This document shows positions 58,116 to 64,000 of a DNA stretch of 64,000 bases, piece after piece. A program made the translations under genes and the position numbers. Every line of letters starts with the position of its first letter. Position 1 is the first letter of the stretch. The DNA lies in contig DATEMY010000364.1 in assembly GCA_035275345.1 (NCBI GenBank), forward strand, positions 642 to 64,641, given 5' to 3'. This DNA is from Blastocatellia bacterium. Its GTDB lineage: Bacteria; Acidobacteriota; Blastocatellia; RBC074. The notes under the pieces are model-generated. The model ran no database searches and was not told where the DNA came from. It was given only the letters and a program-made list of their open reading frames with translations.

Positions 58116-58361
58116 GGCGCCTCCACATTGAGAGAGTTATGGAATCGCTCCTCAAGCGACGTTCGAGAAAAAGATTGTTCGAGAAAACGAGAGAAGTATC
58201 GCTGAGAACAGGAGCGTCCTGGCGCGTGTTCTCAGCGAAATGCGGCGTGATGATGGCAAGTCAATGCGTGGATTGCAAGGCGCCGGGAACCGTTTTTGGA
58301 GTTCGAAAGCATTGGGACATCGGGCGCATACACTCATTCCTGATTGTAACCCGCCTTCACT

Positions 58362-58441
58362 ATCATTTCTTGGATGAGGGAGGTTTGTCAGCAGGTTCCA
58401 AATCATTTCTTGGATGAGGGAGGTTTGTCAGCAGATTCCAA
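58362..58441. repeat. Tandem 40-bp duplication (39/40 identical) spanning the stop codon of the 58403..59380 gene
   Basis: 58362-58401 and 58402-58441 differ only at 58395/58435 (G/A). Copy 2 encodes the last 12 codons plus the stop. Confidence 0.9.
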
Positions 58442-59380
58442 AACCCATCTGTAATACATGCAGCAGTTCCCCTTGCTGAGCCGCTGGTTAGCTTCGAGGG
58501 CCTCAGGATTCGGTTGGAATTTGGAGTCGAGCATTACCCAGAGGTTCCAGGGACCGCCGCGCTCAGGGAGAACCGGGTAACGGTTCACCCATTCGTACTT
58601 ATCTCCGCCGTAGCTGAAACTGATCTTGTTTTTTTCAGCCAGGCCGATTTTCTGAAAATCGTACCCTTCGTGCGGCCTGATTGAGATGACGAAAACCCCT
58701 TTCCCTGGTAAATAGAATGCGGGGAGCTCCCCGAGGTAGAAATCTAACTCGCTCTTGCCGCTGCGCACCTCGCCGTTGATGATCAAACGAAAGCTGGACA
58801 AGTTGAACTTCACGTCATCGAGCGTGAAGTCACGCGCGGGTCTCGGCCGGTCTACGGCAAAACGAATCTCGTCTCCGACGACTCCCCATTCCGTCCCCGC
58901 GTTAACCCACAGCGGAATTTTGACCACGTCATTAAGGTTAATCACGAGCGGTTCAGGGTAACTCGGCGGACGCGCCGGGGTGTAACTGGTTCTATCCGGC
59001 CATTTCATCTCCAACATCTTCCCCATAACAGTCCCGCGGAAGGAGTTTACTAACTGTTCCGGCAGGGGCCCAATGGTAATCTTAAGTTTCGCGCTATCCG
59101 GCAGCCGCTCGATGACCAGGACATAGCCGATATACATTCCGGTAGAGAGATTGATCAGGTAACTCGCAATTGCATTGACATTGGCGTAGCTGAAGTTGAA
59201 GCGAAGGATCCCCTCCGCGTTAGCGCGCCCCTCGGCAAATGACGAGAAGGTCACCACAATACCATTCACCCGTTGTTCCGGACTCCCATTGCCCTTTGCC
59301 AGACTCTCAAGTGTCTGCGCTTGCAATCGAATCGAACACAGTAAAAGAGCGGCTAGCAGCGAATATATTCTATTTCTCAT
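58403..59380 (-). CDS. Exported hypothetical protein (325 aa)
   Basis: The ATG at 59380 has GGAGG upstream. Signal MRNRIYSLLAALLLCSIRLQA. Confidence 0.65.
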   Translation of the reverse strand: MRNRIYSLLAALLLCSIRLQAQTLESLAKGNGSPEQRVNGIVVTFSSFAEGRANAEGILRFNFSYANVNAIASYLINLSTGMYIGYVLVIERLPDSAKLKITIGPLPEQLVNSFRGTVMGKMLEMKWPDRTSYTPARPPSYPEPLVINLNDVVKIPLWVNAGTEWGVVGDEIRFAVDRPRPARDFTLDDVKFNLSSFRLIINGEVRSGKSELDFYLGELPAFYLPGKGVFVISIRPHEGYDFQKIGLAEKNKISFSYGGDKYEWVNRYPVLPERGGPWNLWVMLDSKFQPNPEALEANQRLSKGNCCMYYRWVLESADKPPSSKK

Positions 59381-59891
59381 CGTTACCTCCAGGAATGACA
59401 ATTAGTTTGATTTCGCCGACTGGGCGAAAACCCGCCAGGTCAATTCGAGGGGGTAGGGAAGTGGACGCCGGGCGCTCTTTGGCTTTTCGCGCGTCTGTAT
59501 TCTTGTACACGACGCGTGTCACTTTTATCTCCTGAATCACTGGAACGGGAACTTCAACGATTTTTACCATCGGGGCGTTTGGCGGAACCGCAAGGGGATA
59601 GCTCGTCGCCTTGCGCGCCGCCAGATAAGACGTTGCGCACAACAACAGCGCGGCCGCGACCGCCACCGGCGCGGGTAAGCTGATCGATCCCGTGAGCCAT
59701 CGTCTCCACAACGGTCTGCGAATAAATTGGCGCCGATACGCTGTGATAACGCGTTGGTCGAGGGTGCTTGTGACATCAGGAGCGCCCCACTCGCCGAGCA
59801 GGTTTTTCAGCTCCCTGTCTTCTATGACTTCATCGGCCGTGTTCGGATTCCGATCCGGAGAATTCTCTTCTGTAAAATTCATAAGCGACAT
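59370..59891 (-). CDS. Single-pass membrane protein, putative anti-sigma partner (no zf-HC2 motif)
   Basis: Immediately follows the sigma gene (ATG at 59891 or ATGA overlap at 59882). TM ISLPAPVAVAAALLLCATSYL. Overlaps the next gene by 11 nt. Confidence 0.55.
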   Translation of the reverse strand: MSLMNFTEENSPDRNPNTADEVIEDRELKNLLGEWGAPDVTSTLDQRVITAYRRQFIRRPLWRRWLTGSISLPAPVAVAAALLLCATSYLAARKATSYPLAVPPNAPMVKIVEVPVPVIQEIKVTRVVYKNTDARKAKERPASTSLPPRIDLAGFRPVGEIKLIVIPGGNDEK

Positions 59892-60463
59892 CTTTCTGTA
59901 TCTGTTTCCGCGCACTCCTTGAAGTAGGGAGCGAGCAGTAATCGCAAACGCTGCCTGGCGCGATGGAGCCGCGACTTCACCGTGCCGATATCGACACCGG
60001 CGATTTCAGCGATTTCAGCCAGGGACAGCTCTTCATATTCGAACAGTATCAACGCTTCACGCTGCAAAGGCGGCAATTCGCCGATGGCCTTTCGGACGGC
60101 CTCGGAAACTTCGGCGTCGAGCATTATTCGCAATGGCTCTTGTGACTCCGCCGCCACCAATTGTTCTGAAAAGTCGTCAATCGCCGTCTCGGCGCCGGCT
60201 CGTCGCAAACGTTTGAAGGCCAGATTGCGAGCCGCCGCGCAAAGGTAAGTTCTCAATGAAGCCCTTTGCTCATCAGCTTTGAATCGCTGTGGCTTCTTGA
60301 TCAAACTCAGGAAACAATCGTGGGTGATCTCTTCGGCCAACTCTCTCGATTGCGACAGGCGATAAGCGAAGCGAAAGACCAGACTGCGATGGCGTTCGTA
60401 AATCACCGCGAACGCCGTCTCGTCGCCGGATGCCGCTTGTTCAAGCAATCGTTCGTCAGTCAT
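59879..60463 (-). CDS. ECF-family RNA polymerase sigma factor
   Basis: AEEITHDCFLSLIKKPQRF (region 2). LSLAEIAEIAGVDIGTVKSRLHRARQRLR (region 4). Confidence 0.85.
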   Translation of the reverse strand: MTDERLLEQAASGDETAFAVIYERHRSLVFRFAYRLSQSRELAEEITHDCFLSLIKKPQRFKADEQRASLRTYLCAAARNLAFKRLRRAGAETAIDDFSEQLVAAESQEPLRIMLDAEVSEAVRKAIGELPPLQREALILFEYEELSLAEIAEIAGVDIGTVKSRLHRARQRLRLLLAPYFKECAETDTERCRL

Positions 60464-60757
60464 ATTTCTGGATGAACCTCGCGCGAATTTTGCCTGGACG
60501 ATGGATCAATCTAAGCCGCCCAATTGTAAGCCATCAGAGGGTTCACTTACTTATTACCGCCCAAGCGAAGAAAGATACGGAGTGGGAAAAGGAATTTTTC
60601 AGCCAACGATCGTCGTTGCGGGGACTCTTGCTTCCCGGACCGAAAAAGTTCATCCTTTGCCCTTCCAACCGCACAGTTGAATAAACAATCAATTTTAAGA
60701 GGAGTCGTTCATGCCGCAGGCAATGCCCTGAAACAATGAAAATCGGTGGCAAGCGTA

Positions 60758-60842
60758 GCGCAACCTGCCGAGGTTGCCCTGCATTCTCTACTCGTCTCAT
60801 GTCGAAGCCGCGCAACCTCGGCGGGTTGCGCTACTTTTTCCG
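60758..60842. repeat. Repeat family B, copy 2 (inverted relative to copy 1)
   Basis: Reverse complement aligns with 42951-43035. Overlaps by one base the GAGGAG Shine-Dalgarno (60842-60847) of the amidohydrolase gene. Confidence 0.85.
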
Positions 60843-60854
60843 AGGAGAACGATT

Positions 60855-62522
60855 ATGTTACGTCTGGCGTCAAAATCGTGGTTTGTGATTCTGTTATTCG
60901 TTTTCGGCTGCGCCGTTATTTTAGCGCAGGCTCAACAGGCTCAACGCGCGATCCAACCCGGCCCGGATCGCAAACCCGGCGAAGGCGAAGGGCCATTCGA
61001 GCGGCTGGTCATTAGAGGCGCCACGATGATTGATGGTACGGGCGCTCCGCCGATGGGCCCGGTCGATATCGTCATCGAGAACAACCGGATCAAAGAGATC
61101 AGAAGCGTGGGCTTCCCCAAAGTCGCGATCAGAGATTCAAGCCGTCCGCCCAAAGGCGTAAAGGAGATTGACGCCAGCGGGATGTATGTGATGCCCGGTT
61201 TGGTTGACTGTCATGCGCACATTGGTGGCGTCGCGCAGGGAACTCCGGCCGAATATGTTTACAAACTGTGGATGGCGCACGGCGTGACGACGATCCGCGA
61301 CCCCGGCTCAGGCAACGGCGTCGATTGGACGATCAGTGAGCGCGAACGCAGCGCGCAGAACAAGATCGTCGCGCCCCGTATCTTCGTTTACGTTCGACCT
61401 GGAATGAACTGGGACAAGGGGCCGATAGTCAACCCGGAGATTGCTCGCGAATACGTTCGTTGGGCGAAGCAAAAGGGCGCCGATGGATTCAAAGTCATTT
61501 CGCAGAGCGATCCGCTCTTCGACCCCGAGATCATCGGCGCGCTGCTCGATGAAGCGAAAAAGCTTCAAATGGGCTCGACAACTCATATGGCTCAAACGGG
61601 CGTCGTCAGGACGAACGTCATTCAGGCCGCGCGGATGGGAATGGGTTCGATGGAGCATTGGTACGGATTGCCCGAATCGCTCTTCGCCGACCGCGTCGTG
61701 CAGGATTTTCCGCTCGATTACAACTACAACGACGAGCAGCATCGTTTCGGCCAGGCCGGGCGTTTGTGGAAACAGGCCGCGCCGCCGGGCAGCAAAAAGT
61801 GGAACGAGATCATGGACGAGCTCGTCAAGCTCAATTTCACGATTGACCCGACGTTCACTATATACGAAGCCAGCCGCGACCTGATGCGCGCGATGCGCGC
61901 CGAATGGCATGACCGTTACACGCTGCCGTCGCTCTGGAAGTTCTATCAGCCCAGCCGTGAAGCCCACGGCTCGTACTGGTTCAATTGGACGACTCAGGAC
62001 GAAATCGAATGGAAGAACAATTACCGGCTGTGGATGGCGTTCGTCAACGAGTTCAAGAATCGCGGCGGGCGAGTGACCACCGGGTCGGATTCGGGATTCA
62101 TTTACAAGACCTATGGCTTCGAATACATCCGCGAGCTGGAGCTGTTTCAGGAGGCGGGATTCCATCCGCTCGAAGTGATCCGCTCGGCGACCTTCAACGG
62201 CGCTGAGTTGCTCGCGCAGCAGCAGAACCGCCCAATGGAATTCGGCGTCATCCGTCCGGGCAAGCTCGCCGATCTGATCATCGTGCCCGAAAACCCGATT
62301 GCGAATTTGAAGGTGTTGTATGGGACCGGCGCAATTCGGTTGAATGACCAAACGGGACAGGTCGAACGCGTCGGCGGAGTGAAGTACACGATCAAGGATG
62401 GCATTGTCTACGACGCGAAAAAATTGTTGGAAGACGTGGCGCGGATGGTGGAAGCGGCGAAGACCGCGCAAAAGATTCCACAGGCCGGCGCCGGAACGAC
62501 CGCCACCGCTAAACAAAAGTGA
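60855..62522 (+). CDS. Exported amidohydrolase-family metallo-hydrolase
   Basis: The ATG at 60855 has GAGGAG upstream. Signal MLRLASKSWFVILLFVFGCAVILAQA. HxH motif MPGLVDCHAHIGG. Confidence 0.8.
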   Translation: MLRLASKSWFVILLFVFGCAVILAQAQQAQRAIQPGPDRKPGEGEGPFERLVIRGATMIDGTGAPPMGPVDIVIENNRIKEIRSVGFPKVAIRDSSRPPKGVKEIDASGMYVMPGLVDCHAHIGGVAQGTPAEYVYKLWMAHGVTTIRDPGSGNGVDWTISERERSAQNKIVAPRIFVYVRPGMNWDKGPIVNPEIAREYVRWAKQKGADGFKVISQSDPLFDPEIIGALLDEAKKLQMGSTTHMAQTGVVRTNVIQAARMGMGSMEHWYGLPESLFADRVVQDFPLDYNYNDEQHRFGQAGRLWKQAAPPGSKKWNEIMDELVKLNFTIDPTFTIYEASRDLMRAMRAEWHDRYTLPSLWKFYQPSREAHGSYWFNWTTQDEIEWKNNYRLWMAFVNEFKNRGGRVTTGSDSGFIYKTYGFEYIRELELFQEAGFHPLEVIRSATFNGAELLAQQQNRPMEFGVIRPGKLADLIIVPENPIANLKVLYGTGAIRLNDQTGQVERVGGVKYTIKDGIVYDAKKLLEDVARMVEAAKTAQKIPQAGAGTTATAKQK

Positions 62523-64000
62523 AAACAAGCAGCCTGATATTTATCTGCCTTTTCCTGATTGTGTTTAACGTTTGCTCGTCGGCTGACGAGCGGTCGAAAC
62601 GATCTGGCGCGACCATATCCCCGAACGTCCACGCGCGCATCATCCAGCTCGAAGATGAACGCAATCTCGCGGGCGATGAATTGACTGGTCTGCTAAAGCA
62701 TAAGACGCCAGAGGTGCGCGAACGCGCTGCGCTGGCTATCGGCCGCATCGGTGATAAGCGGGGAACAGCGCCACTCATCAACGTATTGCAGAGAGATGAA
62801 AGCTCATTAGTACGAGCGATGGCCGCATTCGCCCTGGGCGAGATAGAAGATGTCAGGGCCGCGAATGCGCTGCTCGATGCGCTAAATTCATCGAAAGAAT
62901 CTCTGAGCGTGCGGGCGCGAGCAGTCGAAGCGCTGGGAAAGATTGTGGGCGTCCAGGCGAACGCGGAAAGTTTGGGTCAACCGACGCTCGATTCGATCAA
63001 CCAGTCACTCGTCAAACAACTTCCCGCGGTTAGCGGCGCGCTTTCGGCCGATCAAAAGCTGCTCTCCTCGCTGACTATCACTGCTCTGGCGCGGTTACGA
63101 AACCCGGCTTCGATTGAGCCTCTCAGCCAGCAGTTGAAATCGAATGACGCCGATTTTCGCGCACAGGCTGCAAACGCCCTCGCTCGATTGCGTCAGCCAA
63201 TCGACAACGCCGTTATGCCTCTGATCGAGGCGTTGCAGGAGCAGGAGATCAGCGCGACCGTCAAATCTACGGAATCGCTAACAAATAATCGCGCCGATGC
63301 TCGGGCCAACGCCGCCCGCGCGCTCGGCGTGAGTAAAGATTCGCGCGCCGTGGAACCATTGCTGAAAGCCCTCTACGACAAGAGTGAGCATGCGCAAGTC
63401 GATGCTGTGCGCGCGCTGGCCGTCATAGGCGACCGGCGTGCGGTCGAACCGTTGATCGAATTGACAAAGTTGAATGATCCTAAATCACAGCTCCTCCGTG
63501 AGCGTCCTCCCAGTTTCAACTTGATGCTCGAATGTGTGGTTGCGCTGGGGGCGCTTAAGGATGAACGGGCATTGCCGTCGTTGGGGGAATTGCGCCGCAC
63601 ATATGCGCCGGCTGCGATTCAAGAGGTTGAGATAGCGATTGCCAGGTTTGGCGAACGATGGTTTAGTGAAATCCCTCTCAGCCCCGCAGGCCAACGCGAT
63701 CTGGCTTGCAGAGATTGGCAACGCGCCGCGGCTACTGCGCTTGCCATCAGCGAGTGGTTGCCGACCAAAAATGGGAATGTTTGGGAGAGAGCTTTCTATG
63801 ACCTTTTGTTCGGGATGATGCCGCGCATAAATAATCCAGCCTGTGATCAGCGCAGTACCCCGGAGGCGATGCGAGCCATTGACAAATTGTGGCAGAACTA
63901 TCTTGATGAACCGTCATTTGCGCAGTCGTTCAAATCCCGTGATGTCGCATCAAGCGATAAGCCAATCGATTTATATCTTTCGTTCTTTCCTCAACAACTG
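62519..64000 (+). CDS. HEAT-repeat (PBS-lyase type) protein, 3'-partial at the window edge
   Basis: Translated by me, not in the ORF track. GTG at 62519 overlaps the upstream TGA (GTGA). Open to base 64000 with no stop. VKTSSLIFICLFLIVFNVCSS signal-like start. Repeats VRERAALAIGRIGDKRGTAPLINVL and VRAMAAFALGEIEDVRAANALLDAL. Confidence 0.7.
   Translation, partial: MKTSSLIFICLFLIVFNVCSSADERSKRSGATISPNVHARIIQLEDERNLAGDELTGLLKHKTPEVRERAALAIGRIGDKRGTAPLINVLQRDESSLVRAMAAFALGEIEDVRAANALLDALNSSKESLSVRARAVEALGKIVGVQANAESLGQPTLDSINQSLVKQLPAVSGALSADQKLLSSLTITALARLRNPASIEPLSQQLKSNDADFRAQAANALARLRQPIDNAVMPLIEALQEQEISATVKSTESLTNNRADARANAARALGVSKDSRAVEPLLKALYDKSEHAQVDAVRALAVIGDRRAVEPLIELTKLNDPKSQLLRERPPSFNLMLECVVALGALKDERALPSLGELRRTYAPAAIQEVEIAIARFGERWFSEIPLSPAGQRDLACRDWQRAAATALAISEWLPTKNGNVWERAFYDLLFGMMPRINNPACDQRSTPEAMRAIDKLWQNYLDEPSFAQSFKSRDVASSDKPIDLYLSFFPQQL

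Overview
64-kb chromosomal window with a high-GC background (about 57% G+C by spot counts of single 60-nt lines). Gene content suggests a soil Acidobacteriota-like genome. This is inference from a Soli_cterm/TIGR03437-like C-terminal domain, Sigma70_ECF-type sigma factors (one paired with a Ser/Thr kinase), many exported peptidases and Sec/TAT-exported oxidoreductases. I call about 50 protein-coding genes and 3 deletion-type gene remnants. I could recognise no rRNA, tRNA, CRISPR array, transposase or integrase. Main points: (1) A minus-strand string at 2991-10309: ECF sigma, Ser/Thr kinase with a DUF4384-like ectodomain, exported TPR-CHAT caspase-fold protease, and an exported DUF4384 protein. 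(2) A ~3.2-kb low-GC island (about 13300-16510, ~35% G+C by spot count). It encodes an exported 48-aa six-cysteine peptide, a CxxC thioredoxin-fold protein and a two-domain GT4 glycosyltransferase. This is my best candidate for an undescribed system. (3) An accessory patch at 29.3-33.5 kb with two internally deleted hydrolase genes, a hairpin flanked by 9-bp direct repeats, an orphan ParA-like ATPase with two small partner genes, and a Uma2 endonuclease. (4) An unusually rich set of long intergenic palindromes. These include two multi-copy repeat families, a triple-palindrome spacer and a perfect 80-bp loop-less palindrome with phased A-tracts. (5) Three ECF sigma modules. One drives two exported HEAT-repeat paralogues. 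Another sits upstream of genes consistent with an oxidative sugar-acid route (GMC oxidoreductase, FAH-family protein, semialdehyde dehydrogenase). All functional calls rest on motifs read by eye from the ORF translations. No database search was run.
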